A stretch of 64,000 nt of DNA from Verrucomicrobiia bacterium (GTDB taxonomy: Bacteria > Verrucomicrobiota > Verrucomicrobiia > Limisphaerales > UBA1319), in contig OY760937.1 in assembly GCA_963664225.1 (NCBI GenBank), positions 3,584,001 through 3,648,000 of the forward strand, in the 5' to 3' direction. Under the pieces are notes generated by a model, which was not told the DNA's origin, did no database searches, and saw only the letters and a program-made list of their open reading frames with translations. How positions within the stretch are numbered: the stretch's first letter is position 1; every line of letters begins with the position of its first letter. A program made the translations under genes and the position numbers. This document shows positions 18,763 through 29,255 of this stretch, in pieces.

Positions 18763-20100
18763 ATGGGCCAAAATCAAAATTCCGCATGTATTATCAGACC
18801 GGTCCGCGCCACCAGGCTATTGCTGTCGCTGGTTCTATTGGTACTAATGGCGCTGCCGGTCGCGCTGCAGGCCCAATTCACTTATACGAGCGATAACGGA
18901 CTCCTCACCATCACGGGATATACCGGCACCAATACCGCGGTGACCATTCCGGACGTCATCGACAGTCAGCCGGTCAACATCATCGGGACTTGGGCGTTCG
19001 CCTATAACACCGGTCTGACCAGCGTCACCGTGCCCAACAGCGCCACGGCCATCGAGGAATGGGCCTTTTATGGATGCACCCTGTTTAGCGTCGGGATCGG
19101 CAACAACGTCACCAACATCGATAACAACGCATTCTATAGCTGCACCAATCTGGTCAGCGTCACGATGGGCAACAGCGTCCGCATCATTGGAAACTCGACT
19201 TTTGCCGGTTGCACAAACTTGGGCAGCATCACAATCCCCGCCAGTGTCACCAGCATTGGAAACTCCGCCTTCGCCGGCTGCACCGCCCTGACCAATGTCT
19301 ATTTTTTAGGGAACACCCCCACCATCGGTTCGTCTGTGTTCAACGGGGATACCAATGCAACCGTCTATCACATCCCCGGGACAACGGGCTGGACCCTGAG
19401 CTTTGGGAACCGGCCAACCGCCTTGGGCAACCCGCTGGCGCCCCAGTCGCAATTCAATTACACAACCAACAGCGGGGCCATTACCATTAGCCGCTACATT
19501 GGCGCGGATGGTGCGGTCACCATACCGGAGAAAATCAATAACCTGCCGGTCACCAGCATTGGAATCGGAGCATTCGCCTACAACGCCGGGCTGGTCAGCA
19601 TCAAAATCCCCAACAGCGTCACCAACATCTCGGATTGGGCGTTTTATAGCTGCGCTCATCTGACCACTGTCACGATGGGGAATGGCGTCGTCCGCATGGG
19701 TGAATCCGCGTTCAATCGCTGCGTCGGGCTGAAGAGCTTCTATTTCCACGGCAGCCCTCCCGTCCTGGGTCCCTCTGTGTTCGTGGGGGTCAAAGGCGCC
19801 ATGGTCAATTACATGCCGGAGGCCACGGGTTGGGGCGATACCTTTGGCGGTTTTCCAACCCAGTTGTGGAATCCGGTGTTGTTGTCCAGAGATGGCAATG
19901 TTGGCGTGGTGAACAATCAATTTGGCTTCAACATCATTGGCAACAGCAACCTTGTCGTCGTCGTGGAAGCCTGCACCAATCTGGCCAATGCCACCTGGTC
20001 CGTCGCGGGTACCACCACCCTGGACGGGAGCACCTTCCATTTCATCGACCCCTTGTGGGACAATTATCCCGCCCGCATTTACCGTCTGCGCACCCCGTGA
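18763..20100 (+). CDS. BspA-type leucine-rich repeat (LRR_5) surface protein
   Basis: Repeats IPxSVTSIGxxAFxxCxxL. Signal peptide ending LQA-Q. C-terminal VEACTNL...W...RIYRL domain. Confidence 0.9.
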   Translation: MGQNQNSACIIRPVRATRLLLSLVLLVLMALPVALQAQFTYTSDNGLLTITGYTGTNTAVTIPDVIDSQPVNIIGTWAFAYNTGLTSVTVPNSATAIEEWAFYGCTLFSVGIGNNVTNIDNNAFYSCTNLVSVTMGNSVRIIGNSTFAGCTNLGSITIPASVTSIGNSAFAGCTALTNVYFLGNTPTIGSSVFNGDTNATVYHIPGTTGWTLSFGNRPTALGNPLAPQSQFNYTTNSGAITISRYIGADGAVTIPEKINNLPVTSIGIGAFAYNAGLVSIKIPNSVTNISDWAFYSCAHLTTVTMGNGVVRMGESAFNRCVGLKSFYFHGSPPVLGPSVFVGVKGAMVNYMPEATGWGDTFGGFPTQLWNPVLLSRDGNVGVVNNQFGFNIIGNSNLVVVVEACTNLANATWSVAGTTTLDGSTFHFIDPLWDNYPARIYRLRTP

Positions 20101-20106
20101 AACAGA

Positions 20107-21030
20107 TTACTTCGCGATGGTTGTGATTTCTCCCGGTTTTAGCTCGTAGGTTTTTCCGCGGATGGCAGCCCATACGGATATTTTTCCCGGGTTTTGCACC
20201 GTGTTGCCATCCGGCGAAACGACGAGGTTCCTGGCCGCATCGTAATAGTCGAGCATCTCGATGTTCGTTGCGTACCAGATGTCCTTGCGGTTGCCGTAAT
20301 TTTTTCCAAACTCCTCGATCAGGTTCCAGCAGTGGTTGTCGTTGAATTCGTAGCTATGCCCCCAGATGGCCATCAGGGCCGGGGTAGCCTCAAAGCCCAT
20401 CAGTTTTTTGCCATCCTCGTTCATTTTATTGATGTGGCAGGTGGTCACCCAGAAGTAAGGGCGCTTGGGATAGGCGAACCAGTCGTGCGTGCCAACGACC
20501 CGGGCATAACGGATGCCAAAACCCGCAAGCGCCCTGGCGACACGCTCGTCTCCCTCGCCTCCCGGATAGGCCAGGCCCCGTATTGGATAACCGACCAGGG
20601 CCTCCAGCGCCTTGCAATCGTCCACCACTTGATGGCGTAGTTCCTCATCGCTGCACTTTGTCAGGTTGGGGTGGTTTACCGTATGCGAGGCCACCTCGTG
20701 ATTCGCATATAAGGCCTTCACGTCCTCGGATTTGACATACCCCTCCTTGTCGAGTTGACCGCTGACCAGGTGAAAGGTCCCACGCAGGCCATAACGGTTC
20801 ATGATCTCGACGAGCTGGTGATCATAAATGCGCCCGTCGTCAAAACTGAAGGTGATGGCTTTCACCCGCCCACCCGGAAAGCAGAGCCTTCCATAGGTAT
20901 CTGGAGTGTCGCAATCGGTGACGATTTCCGGCGGCCTGGATGTTGCTGGAACTTCAGGCGCATTGGCCGCAGGCGCCATCGTTGCGGCGAGCCAGCAGGC
21001 GAAGATGGCGGACAAACAGACAGAATTCAT
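20107..21030 (-). CDS. Polysaccharide deacetylase (CE4/NodB)
   Basis: TFSFDDG, HEVASHTVNHPNL, LAYPGG, WGHSYEF; signal peptide. Confidence 0.88.
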   Translation of the reverse strand: MNSVCLSAIFACWLAATMAPAANAPEVPATSRPPEIVTDCDTPDTYGRLCFPGGRVKAITFSFDDGRIYDHQLVEIMNRYGLRGTFHLVSGQLDKEGYVKSEDVKALYANHEVASHTVNHPNLTKCSDEELRHQVVDDCKALEALVGYPIRGLAYPGGEGDERVARALAGFGIRYARVVGTHDWFAYPKRPYFWVTTCHINKMNEDGKKLMGFEATPALMAIWGHSYEFNDNHCWNLIEEFGKNYGNRKDIWYATNIEMLDYYDAARNLVVSPDGNTVQNPGKISVWAAIRGKTYELKPGEITTIAK

Positions 21031-21043
21031 GGCTTGGGGTCGA

Positions 21044-22630
21044 TTACGGAAGTTTCGCAGTGATGCGGCCCGGCTTGGACGCTGAGGCGATCTTCCTGCC
21101 GTCGGCGAAAATTTGAAATCCGGCGCCACGCCCATATTTTTTTCCAGTTTTGTCCCAGAGGATCGTAAGGGTTTTCCCGTGGTAGTGGACGCGGTCGAGG
21201 CAGAAGAAATCCCAGGTGCCTTGCGGAATCAGCGGATTGATCTCAACGACCTCGTCGGCGCGCGGGCGCAAGCCGATAAGGCCCGTGATGACGAGGTCGC
21301 AGAAGGTCGAGTGATTGTAATCCTTGCCGCGCTCCTTTGGCGTGCTGTTGCGGCGCAGGAGCAGCGTGCGTGAAATCCAATCCCCCGTGAATGGATTCAA
21401 GTTCTCGTCGATCCAGGGAATGGTTTTTCCATCCTCAGTGGTGCGGCGATGGCTTTTTGAGAACGTTTGCAGGGCTTCAAAATAGTCCGCGCCGGTGATG
21501 GCCGTTTGCTCGTAATTGTTCAGCACATTGGCCATGGCGGTGAGTGTGATGGCGGTGGACATCGGCCAGCTCGGGCCGTTCCACTGGCACTCATGGCCTT
21601 CGTAGCTGATGACGAATTTGGGGTGGCGCTGCTCCGTGACGGTCGGGCCGTAGGGTGCCTTGAAGCCCTTGGGATCGGTCATTTGCTTCCACGCCGCCTC
21701 ATATCCGGAATTGCGATCGGGGAGATTGAAATACCAGGGCGTCAGACCAATCTCCTCGCGGACGTCCACCCGCTTCATGTCCTGTTCCGCGACCGGCTCG
21801 TTGCCGCGCCTGACCATTTTGAAAAACTGCGCCTCCTTGTCCCACAGAAACGTCTGCACAAAATGTTTGATCCCGTCCGCCTCCGCCTCGAATTTTCTGG
21901 CAACCTCGGGCTGGCCGGCCAGGGTTGCGATTTTGGCGAGTGCCCTGGCATCGCCATACATGTAGCTGTTGATCGTGGGGCGGTAGCCATTGCCGCCCAC
22001 GGCCACCTCCATGCCGTCATCATTGTCATACTGCCAGAAGTGGCCATTGGGATCGCGGCGCTTTTTCTCCCATTCCTGGTAATTGGCCACCAGATCGGGA
22101 AGCAGTTCTTTTGCCGATGTTGGATTGCCGGTGACCATATATCGCGCCCACATGGCATCCGCCGCCCAGAAGCTGTATTTGCGCGGATCACCGCCTTTGC
22201 GAAACCAGAACACGGCGTAATCGTCGAGGATCTTCGCGTCCTTGAGCCAGCGGCCTTCGTAGAAGTGATGCCCGGCCGGACAGGGGATCGTGTTGTATTT
22301 TCCCGCCCACGGCACGTCGGGCAGAAACTCCGTGATCACGATGCCATCAGGGGTCTGCCGGATGTGCTTGCGAAAGGTCCACCAGCGGAAGTAATAGGTT
22401 TTTTCGAGCTCCTTATCCGGGCAATCGAGCAGCGGAATATTTTCTTTCAGGAAATCCCACGCCGCTGCGTTGGGATAAAGCTCTTTGTAGAGTTCATTGT
22501 CGTCGGCATTGAACGCATCGACATACGGCTTGAAGACGTCGGGCTTGAGGACGTCTGCCGCGCTTGCGATGAACATGGAGAGGCCAATTAACGCGAGCGT
22601 TGGAAATAAGTGTCCGGCTGGATTTTTCAT
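21044..22630 (-). CDS. Exported (alpha/alpha)6 glycoside hydrolase (MGH1/GH63-like; resembles GH142-type arabinofuranosidases)
   Basis: YYFRWW..RKH, ITEFLP.VPWAG, DGME, RPTINSY, CQWNGPSWP, DYNHSTF motifs. Confidence 0.75.
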   Translation of the reverse strand: MKNPAGHLFPTLALIGLSMFIASAADVLKPDVFKPYVDAFNADDNELYKELYPNAAAWDFLKENIPLLDCPDKELEKTYYFRWWTFRKHIRQTPDGIVITEFLPDVPWAGKYNTIPCPAGHHFYEGRWLKDAKILDDYAVFWFRKGGDPRKYSFWAADAMWARYMVTGNPTSAKELLPDLVANYQEWEKKRRDPNGHFWQYDNDDGMEVAVGGNGYRPTINSYMYGDARALAKIATLAGQPEVARKFEAEADGIKHFVQTFLWDKEAQFFKMVRRGNEPVAEQDMKRVDVREEIGLTPWYFNLPDRNSGYEAAWKQMTDPKGFKAPYGPTVTEQRHPKFVISYEGHECQWNGPSWPMSTAITLTAMANVLNNYEQTAITGADYFEALQTFSKSHRRTTEDGKTIPWIDENLNPFTGDWISRTLLLRRNSTPKERGKDYNHSTFCDLVITGLIGLRPRADEVVEINPLIPQGTWDFFCLDRVHYHGKTLTILWDKTGKKYGRGAGFQIFADGRKIASASKPGRITAKLP

Positions 22631-23045
22631 CAGGTTGGGAGGAATGGGTTGTCGGAGCCACATAAGGAGATTTTGGCGGAACGTTCGTTCAGTTCGTTGG
22701 AATCGGTTTTGGCGAGGTCCGGGGCGGGGACCAGATGTATTCAGGGTCATCCATTGCATATCCACTTTTGATCTGCATTTCCCTATTGTCCAGCCAAATT
22801 AAGTTTGCTGCATTTGTTTGTCATGCATCCGGCTGATCCATCTGGCCTTTCGCCGATACCGTCACCCCTCAGCTCCAATCTCAGTGGACAGCGGCAGAGC
22901 TTGTCGCAGGCATGAGAAGAACGGCCTTTTTGGAAAAATTGCATTGGGCCAATGACAGAATTCAGGAGTGAGGAGTGGTATGACCCAGCCGGCGCATTTA
23001 CTTGAAATACCAACCCGCCTCTGCGCATCCTGCAATCAGTTGAGC

Positions 23046-24365
23046 ATGGGTAAAAAACAATTTCCGGGTAATTCTGTCAGCGCCGACCGTCCAAAGGCCG
23101 TCTGCGCCGCGCGCGGGCTTTCAAGAACTGCGGATTTCACAAGGTTGCTGCTGCTCCTGATACTTTTGCTGTCCTTGCCCATGGCGCTCCAGGCCCAATT
23201 CAATTACACAACCAATGGTGGTGAGATCACCATTACGGGATACACCGGTGAAGGTGGTGCGGTGGCCATTCCCGACATAATCGATGGTCTGCCGGTAACC
23301 TGTATCGGCGATTGGGCATTTGAATACTGCGGCAGTCTAACCAACATTACTCTGGGCAACCATGTTGCCAAACTCGGAGACTGGGCATTCTATGGCTGCT
23401 ACAACTTGACCTCGTGCGTGATCCCAAACAACGTCACCAGCATTGGATTCAACTGTTTCTCTTCCTGCATCAGACTGACCAACTTTGTGATCTCAAGCGG
23501 TTTGACAAACATTGAAGCTCCCGTGGTCTCTGGCTGCTCAAGACTGCGTGCAATCACTGTCGATGCCTTTAACCCCTCCTATTGCAGCATAGACGGAGTC
23601 TTGTTCAACAAGAGCCTGACCACGCTCGTTGAATGCCCGCCACTATTAATGATGCCCTGCACAATACCCGACAGCGTTACCACCATCGGAAGCAGTGCAT
23701 TCGCTGGATGCGGCTCCATGACCAGCATCACGATTCCTGACAGTGTTAATATAATTGGTGGCAGCGTTTTTGCAGATTGTGCCAACCTGACCAACGTTTT
23801 CATAGGAAACGGCGTGACCAACATCGCATACAGTGCGTTCTCTGGCTGTTGGAGCCTGAAAAGCATTATAATTCCTGACAGTGTTTCCAAAATTGGAGCT
23901 GGGATATTCAAAGACTGTATCAGCTTGACCACCGTCATTTTTGGCAAAAATGTCAGGTTTGCTGCAACGCCGATGTTTTCTGGCTGCACCCGCTTGGCCA
24001 GTGTCTATTTCAAAGGTAATGCCCCCTTTGTTGATCCACATATGTTTGACCATTTATATTATGTAACAGTCTATTATTTGCCTGGCACCACCGGTTGGAG
24101 TTCAGGATTCGCAGGCCGTCCGGCCAAATTGTGGAATCCGCATCCGCTCACGACGGATGCCAGTTTTGGCATGCGAACGAATCAATTCGGTTTCACCATC
24201 GCTGGCACCACAGGAATTACGTTCGTCGTGGAAGCCTGCACCAATCTGGCCAATCCCACCTGGTTTCCAGTGCAAACCAACACCCTGTATGGCGACACGG
24301 CTGATTTCAGCGATCCCGCGTGGACGAACAGCCCCTCCCGTTTCTACCGTTTCCGCGCCCCGTAA
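23046..24365 (+). CDS. Second BspA-type LRR surface protein (paralog of 18763-20100)
   Basis: IPDSVTTIGSSAFAGC repeats, the same LQA-QF.YT N-terminus and VEACTNL...RFYRFRAP C-terminus. Confidence 0.9.
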   Translation: MGKKQFPGNSVSADRPKAVCAARGLSRTADFTRLLLLLILLLSLPMALQAQFNYTTNGGEITITGYTGEGGAVAIPDIIDGLPVTCIGDWAFEYCGSLTNITLGNHVAKLGDWAFYGCYNLTSCVIPNNVTSIGFNCFSSCIRLTNFVISSGLTNIEAPVVSGCSRLRAITVDAFNPSYCSIDGVLFNKSLTTLVECPPLLMMPCTIPDSVTTIGSSAFAGCGSMTSITIPDSVNIIGGSVFADCANLTNVFIGNGVTNIAYSAFSGCWSLKSIIIPDSVSKIGAGIFKDCISLTTVIFGKNVRFAATPMFSGCTRLASVYFKGNAPFVDPHMFDHLYYVTVYYLPGTTGWSSGFAGRPAKLWNPHPLTTDASFGMRTNQFGFTIAGTTGITFVVEACTNLANPTWFPVQTNTLYGDTADFSDPAWTNSPSRFYRFRAP

Positions 24366-24486
24366 GCGGGAATTCCCGGGTTTTGGGCTCTCATCCAATC
24401 CCCGGCGCGCCTCTCATTCCAGTCTTGACGCTGGGGCCATCCGAAGCATCCTTACAGGTCAATTAAGGATAAAGGTAATTTAACGC

Positions 24487-24984
24487 ATGATGACGTGTCA
24501 CGAACTGCTGGGGTTTATGTCGCCCGCCCTGGCCAATGAGATTTTGGAATTTGCGCACGAGAACGACAAGAACCTCTACAAGGCCACCATGGCTTCCGTG
24601 GCGGAGTCGCTGAAGCTGCGCCCGGTTTTTTTCGAGCGCAAATCGCGCGCGGATCGACATGCCGCCATGCTGGGCATGCTCACACGGCCCCGTTTTGAGG
24701 CCGTGGCGGCCAACTTGATTCGCGGGTGGCTGGTGCAGGGGCAGTCCGGCATGCTTTCGGATTTCCTGGATGCGCTGGGCGTGCCGCATCAAAAAGGCGT
24801 GGTCGAGGCGTTTCCCGAGAAGGTCGATGACGCCAAATTGAATCAGGCGGTTGAGGCCTTGCTGGCCAAACACACCCCGGAGCGCGTCGTGGTTTATTTG
24901 AACGCCTTTTGTTCCATGAACGAGGTTGGATGGCCGAACCTGGAAAAGATGCTGGATAGCGATCCGCGTCTCCAGTTGGCTTAA
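24487..24984 (+). CDS. Hypothetical protein
   Basis: 165-aa ATG ORF with host-like codon usage; FLDALGVPH motif. Confidence 0.7.
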   Translation: MMTCHELLGFMSPALANEILEFAHENDKNLYKATMASVAESLKLRPVFFERKSRADRHAAMLGMLTRPRFEAVAANLIRGWLVQGQSGMLSDFLDALGVPHQKGVVEAFPEKVDDAKLNQAVEALLAKHTPERVVVYLNAFCSMNEVGWPNLEKMLDSDPRLQLA

Positions 24985-25055
24985 TTGGCTTATTCCGCCT
25001 GATACGTGCGCCGGATGCAATCCGTTCCGGCGCTTCCCTCCCGATCGGTGATCAT

Positions 25056-25085
25056 AAAAAAAGGACCGTGTTTGCACGGTCCTTT
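25056..25085. terminator. Bidirectional intrinsic terminator
   Basis: A7-GGACCGTG-TTTG-CACGGTCC-TTT between convergent genes. Confidence 0.8.
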
Positions 25086-25115
25086 ATCGTCCTTTTGCAA
25101 TGATTCCCGCCCTGA

Positions 25116-26576
25116 TTAAGCGATCAGCTTCTTGAAGCGCTCATAGGCCGCATCCCACTGTGCGCCATCCTTGGGTTCCACCACTTTGCCCGCCATCGAG
25201 GTGGCGACCACCGCGCGCGCGGCGTCCAGTGACGGCAGGTGTCCCAGCGCGATCGCCTGGACGAGGATGTTGCCTGTGGCGGTGGCTTCGACCGGACCGG
25301 CCACCACGGGGATCTGGCAGGCGCTGGCGGTGAATTGATTCAAGGTATTGTCCTTGCTGCCGCCGCCCACGACGTGGAGTTTCTCGATCTTGCGCCCGGT
25401 GATCTTCTCCAGGTTGCGCACCGAATGCCGGTAGTAAAGCGCGAGGCTTTCATAGACGCACCGGATGGTCGCGCCCGGAGTGGTGGGCTCGGGCTGGCCG
25501 GTTTCCTTGCAGAGCGCGGCGATTTTTTGCGGCATCTGTCCCGGCGCCATGAAGCGGGCGTCCGAGGGATTGATGAGCGAGACAAAGGGTTTGGCCTCCT
25601 GGGCCATTTTCTCCAGATCCGCGAAACTGTATTTCTGACCGGCGCGCTCCCATTCCCGGCGGCTTTCCTGCACGAGCCAGAGGCCGATGATGTTTTTCAG
25701 GAATCGCGCGGAATGGCCCACACCGATTTCATTGGTGAAATTCGCGTCGCGGCCCTCGGCTGTAATCAAGGGTTTCTCCAATTCCACACCGATCAGGGAC
25801 CAAGTGCCGGAGCTAAGATAGGCCCAGTTTTTGCCGCTGGCCGGAACGGCGGCCACGGCCGCGCCCGTGTCATGCGAGCAGGAGGCCACCACTTCGATGG
25901 CCGGAATGCCGGTCTCCCTGCAAATGCCGGCCTTGATGGGACCAAGCTTTGTGCCGGATTGGACAATGGGCGGCAATTGGTCAGGACGCACTTTTACCGC
26001 GTCGAGCAGCATTTTCGACCAGGTGCGTTTGCGCGGATCGTAAAACTGGGTCGTGCTCGCCAGGGAAACTTCCGACTTGGCATTGCCCGAGAGCATGTAA
26101 TTGAGGCCGTCCCCGACGAGCAGGATCTTTGCGGCCTGGTTGAGACGCTCGGGGGTTTCCATGTTCAATTGGAACACGGTGTTGAAGACCAGGAATTGCA
26201 ATCCGGTTTCCTCGTAGATCGTGGCCCAGGGAATGCGCGCCTTGAGTTCTTCCGCGCCTTTGGGGCAGCGGGGATCGCGGTAGGCAAAAGTGGGCTGGAT
26301 CATCGCCCCGTTTTTGTCGAAGAGCAGGTAATCGACGCCCCAGGTGTCGCAACTGATGCTCGAAATGGGCAAATTGCGTGACGCCACTTTCTTCAGGCCC
26401 TCCTTGATGGCGGCGAACAGGCCCGGAATATTCCATTGCAGCGAACCGTTGATTTCCGTGGTTCCGTTGGGGAAACGATGAATTTCCTCAAGGCTCAGGT
26501 GTTGATTGTCCAGTGTTCCCAGGATCAGGCGGCCGCTGTCGGCGCCCAGATCGCATGCAAGATAATATGTAGCCAT
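25116..26576 (-). CDS. rhaB: Rhamnulokinase/fuculokinase (FGGY family)
   Basis: DLGADSGR, DTWGVDY, HDTGAAV, SSGTWSL, FTNE, KNIIGLWL, VGGGS. Confidence 0.88.
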   Translation of the reverse strand: MATYYLACDLGADSGRLILGTLDNQHLSLEEIHRFPNGTTEINGSLQWNIPGLFAAIKEGLKKVASRNLPISSISCDTWGVDYLLFDKNGAMIQPTFAYRDPRCPKGAEELKARIPWATIYEETGLQFLVFNTVFQLNMETPERLNQAAKILLVGDGLNYMLSGNAKSEVSLASTTQFYDPRKRTWSKMLLDAVKVRPDQLPPIVQSGTKLGPIKAGICRETGIPAIEVVASCSHDTGAAVAAVPASGKNWAYLSSGTWSLIGVELEKPLITAEGRDANFTNEIGVGHSARFLKNIIGLWLVQESRREWERAGQKYSFADLEKMAQEAKPFVSLINPSDARFMAPGQMPQKIAALCKETGQPEPTTPGATIRCVYESLALYYRHSVRNLEKITGRKIEKLHVVGGGSKDNTLNQFTASACQIPVVAGPVEATATGNILVQAIALGHLPSLDAARAVVATSMAGKVVEPKDGAQWDAAYERFKKLIA

Positions 26577-26808
26577 GGCGTTTGAATGCTTGTTTTCACG
26601 ACGTCTTAGCCGAAAATCGTTGACCGATCAACAACTAACATGCTGGATGAAAGCGGCATCTGGCTCTGCCGCCGTTGATTGGGGGCGGGGCATGGCGTAT
26701 GATGCCGCGAACTGGAACCGCGCCATGAATGCGAACCTGGCGGGATCACTGCCCGCGCCTTCGCAACCAGACCGTGAATCCGGTTTTAATCTGGAGAGCA
26801 ACGTGCTG

Positions 26809-27333
26809 ATGAATGCAACGTCAACCCAGGCCCCGGGAAAACCCTGGTGGCTGAGAATATTGATCGGGCGCCGCCCTGTGCTGACGCTCATTCGCGTGGC
26901 CATCTGGGTCGCGGCCGCTTTTTTTGTTTTTCGAGTCGTTCTGCTGCCGGTGCGCGTGGAGGGGATCAGCATGGTGCCCTCTTACAAGAATGGCGGCGTC
27001 AATTTCATCAACCGGTGGTCCTACTCCCGCCATCGTCCGCAGCGTGGAGACGTGGTCGGCGTGCGCTATGTCGGCCTGCATGTCATGCTTCTCAAACGCA
27101 TCATTGCCTTGCCGGGTGAACGGATCGCAATCCGCCAGGGAATTGTTTATATCGATGACCAGCCCCTGGACGAGCCGTACGTCAAACTTTTCAACCCAAC
27201 CTGGCAGGAGGCTGAAGTCACTCTCAAGCCAGACGAATATTTCATCATCGGGGATAACCGGGGCATGCGCAGCGACGAGCACACGCACGGGCGGGTCGAA
27301 GGCCGGCGGATCGTGGGAAAGGCTTTGTTTTGA
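26809..27333 (+). CDS. lepB: Signal peptidase I
   Basis: TM helix, GISMVP (catalytic Ser), LKRIIALPGE (Lys), GDNR. Confidence 0.88.
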   Translation: MNATSTQAPGKPWWLRILIGRRPVLTLIRVAIWVAAAFFVFRVVLLPVRVEGISMVPSYKNGGVNFINRWSYSRHRPQRGDVVGVRYVGLHVMLLKRIIALPGERIAIRQGIVYIDDQPLDEPYVKLFNPTWQEAEVTLKPDEYFIIGDNRGMRSDEHTHGRVEGRRIVGKALF

Positions 27334-27830
27334 GGAAAATCATGCGGATCGTATTTGCGGTGGGGGCGCTGGCCCTTGGTTTCTGGCTCTACACAGTGCT
27401 GTTTCCATCTGACGAGTCGGTCATCAGGAAACGGTTGCAGACGATTGCCCGGCTGGCCTCCTTCAAACCCGGGGAAGGCGACCTGGCCCGTCTGGCCAAT
27501 GTCAGCCAGCTCACGGCATTCTTCACGCCGGACATTTCCATGCGGTTTGAGGGAACGCGTCCTGAATTGCAGAACCTTTCAGGCAGGGACACACTGCGGC
27601 AGTTGTTTATGGTCGCGCGCGCGAATCTCCAGCGCATGAGTGTGCGCTTCCCTGACATGATTGTGACGGTCAACCCGGATGGGCGCGCGGCCATGGTGGA
27701 TTTGACCATGGTGGCCGATGTGAACGCGGACAAGGACGTCATACTTCAGGAGCTAAAGCTCGATATGACCAAAGAGGACGGCACATGGCGGGTCAGCCGG
27801 GTTGAAACGATCAAGGCATTGAACCGATAA
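27330..27830 (+). CDS. Membrane-anchored NTF2/SnoaL-like hypothetical protein
   Basis: N-terminal TM and C-terminal KEDGTWRVSRV typical of the NTF2-like fold. Overlaps lepB. Confidence 0.65.
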   Translation: MRKIMRIVFAVGALALGFWLYTVLFPSDESVIRKRLQTIARLASFKPGEGDLARLANVSQLTAFFTPDISMRFEGTRPELQNLSGRDTLRQLFMVARANLQRMSVRFPDMIVTVNPDGRAAMVDLTMVADVNADKDVILQELKLDMTKEDGTWRVSRVETIKALNR

Positions 27831-28083
27831 GAATCGTCTTGATTCATGGCAGACATTCCCATCCCGAGACAGCGCCGGGACACTGGGAGAGATCGAATTC
27901 CAGTCCTTAATCGCATGGAAACAGGTTTCGCCGGTGTATTCGAGCTTTGACGGGGGCCTGCAAAGTGTTAAAGAATACGGTCTGTTTGCCACGGTTTTAA
28001 CACGGTTCAGCCCGGGTGTGATTGGCTGGCAGGGTCGTGATATGCGTGGAATAAAAGAGCGCCACGTTTGCGTTTTAAACGTT

Positions 28084-28099
28084 TGGAACGCAAACTGCT
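28084..28099 (+). promoter_or_regulatory. Putative sigma54 promoter of the pilin cassette
   Basis: TGGAACG-CAAA-CTGCT with correct GG/GC spacing. GGAGG at 28116-28120 before ATG 28127. Confidence 0.5.
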
Positions 28100-28126
28100 C
28101 AATCGCTCTCGCACTGGAGGGGCGCC

Positions 28127-28627
28127 ATGGTGTTTAATATGATGTTTTTGCATGACAAGAAAGTCGGCTTGCGCCATTGGCGCATGCCGATTCGTTCCGG
28201 TGGATTCACGCTGCCCGAAGTGGTGATGGCTATTGGCATTCTGGCCCTTTGCCTTGGCGGGATTATTACAGGTTACGTTTTTTCGTCGAAGCGAGTCGAG
28301 TGGTCGGCCTATTCGCTCGCGGCCCAATCCATGGCCTTGCAGCGCCTGGAGCAGGCCCGCGCCTGCAAATGGGATCTGGGAAGCTACCCGGTCGTGGATA
28401 ATCAACTGCAGTCCAGCAACTTTCCCCAGCAGGTGCTGGTTCTGGACATCCCCATGAACAGCACGAACGGCATTCTGGCCACAAACATCACCGAGGTGAT
28501 CGACATTCAGACCAATTATCCACCCATCAAACTGGTGCGGGTGACTTGTCGGTGGCCGTTCGTCAATGGCAAAACCTACACCAATACGATTTCCAGTTAC
28601 GTGATCCCCAGCGCCCTTGGAGAATGA
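28127..28627 (+). CDS. Type IV prepilin-like protein (PilV/GspI-like)
   Basis: G|FTLPEVVMAIGILAL prepilin cleavage/methylation motif. Confidence 0.85.
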   Translation: MVFNMMFLHDKKVGLRHWRMPIRSGGFTLPEVVMAIGILALCLGGIITGYVFSSKRVEWSAYSLAAQSMALQRLEQARACKWDLGSYPVVDNQLQSSNFPQQVLVLDIPMNSTNGILATNITEVIDIQTNYPPIKLVRVTCRWPFVNGKTYTNTISSYVIPSALGE

Positions 28628-29235
28628 AGATGAAACCTCTTATTAATTTGCGCGCGCGCTTGAACCGGGCCTATACCCTGGTCGAGATCATGGTCTCCAT
28701 GGCCCTCTTTTCCATGGTGGTGATAGGGGTTGTGACCAGCAACATTTTTGGATTGAAGCTCTACGAAATCGCCAAGACAAAACTTGGGGTCAACGAATAC
28801 TCACGCCGCGCGCTCTCCATGATGGTCACCGACATTCGCGAAGCCAAATCCACCTGCGTGGGGTCTGGGACCGCCACCACTTTCGTCGAACCGGTCGCTG
28901 GTGTTGTGCGCCAGGGAAACGCACTGCAAATCAATCCCCTCCGCAACAATACCAACGTCTTTATCCGCTATTTCCGGGATAGCGACCAGCGGATCAAGAT
29001 GGTGACCGACACCAATGCCACGCCGGTCATTGTGGCGGATTACGTTTCCAACAACGTGGTGTTTGCCGAGGAGGATTACCGCGGCACGGTGCTGACCAAT
29101 CGTCAGGCGTCCTGCGTGGTCTCGCTGAACCTTAATTTTTATAAGATCGAATTTCCCGTCGTGATCATCGGCCAGGGCGGATTTTATGAGTATTACGCCC
29201 TTCGAACCCGCATCACGCGCCGCTCTGCGGAATAA
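28624..29235 (+). CDS. Type IV prepilin-like protein (PilW/GspJ-like)
   Basis: A|YTLVEIMVSMALF. ATGA overlap with the previous gene. Confidence 0.85.
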   Translation: MKMKPLINLRARLNRAYTLVEIMVSMALFSMVVIGVVTSNIFGLKLYEIAKTKLGVNEYSRRALSMMVTDIREAKSTCVGSGTATTFVEPVAGVVRQGNALQINPLRNNTNVFIRYFRDSDQRIKMVTDTNATPVIVADYVSNNVVFAEEDYRGTVLTNRQASCVVSLNLNFYKIEFPVVIIGQGGFYEYYALRTRITRRSAE

Positions 29236-29255
29236 CATACTCAATTCAAACGCAC

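Noticed and set aside
19958..24254. Diversity-generating retroelement TR/VR pair in the LRR genes
   Set aside because: Similarity is ordinary paralogy, with no adenine-specific differences noted and no reverse transcriptase in the window.
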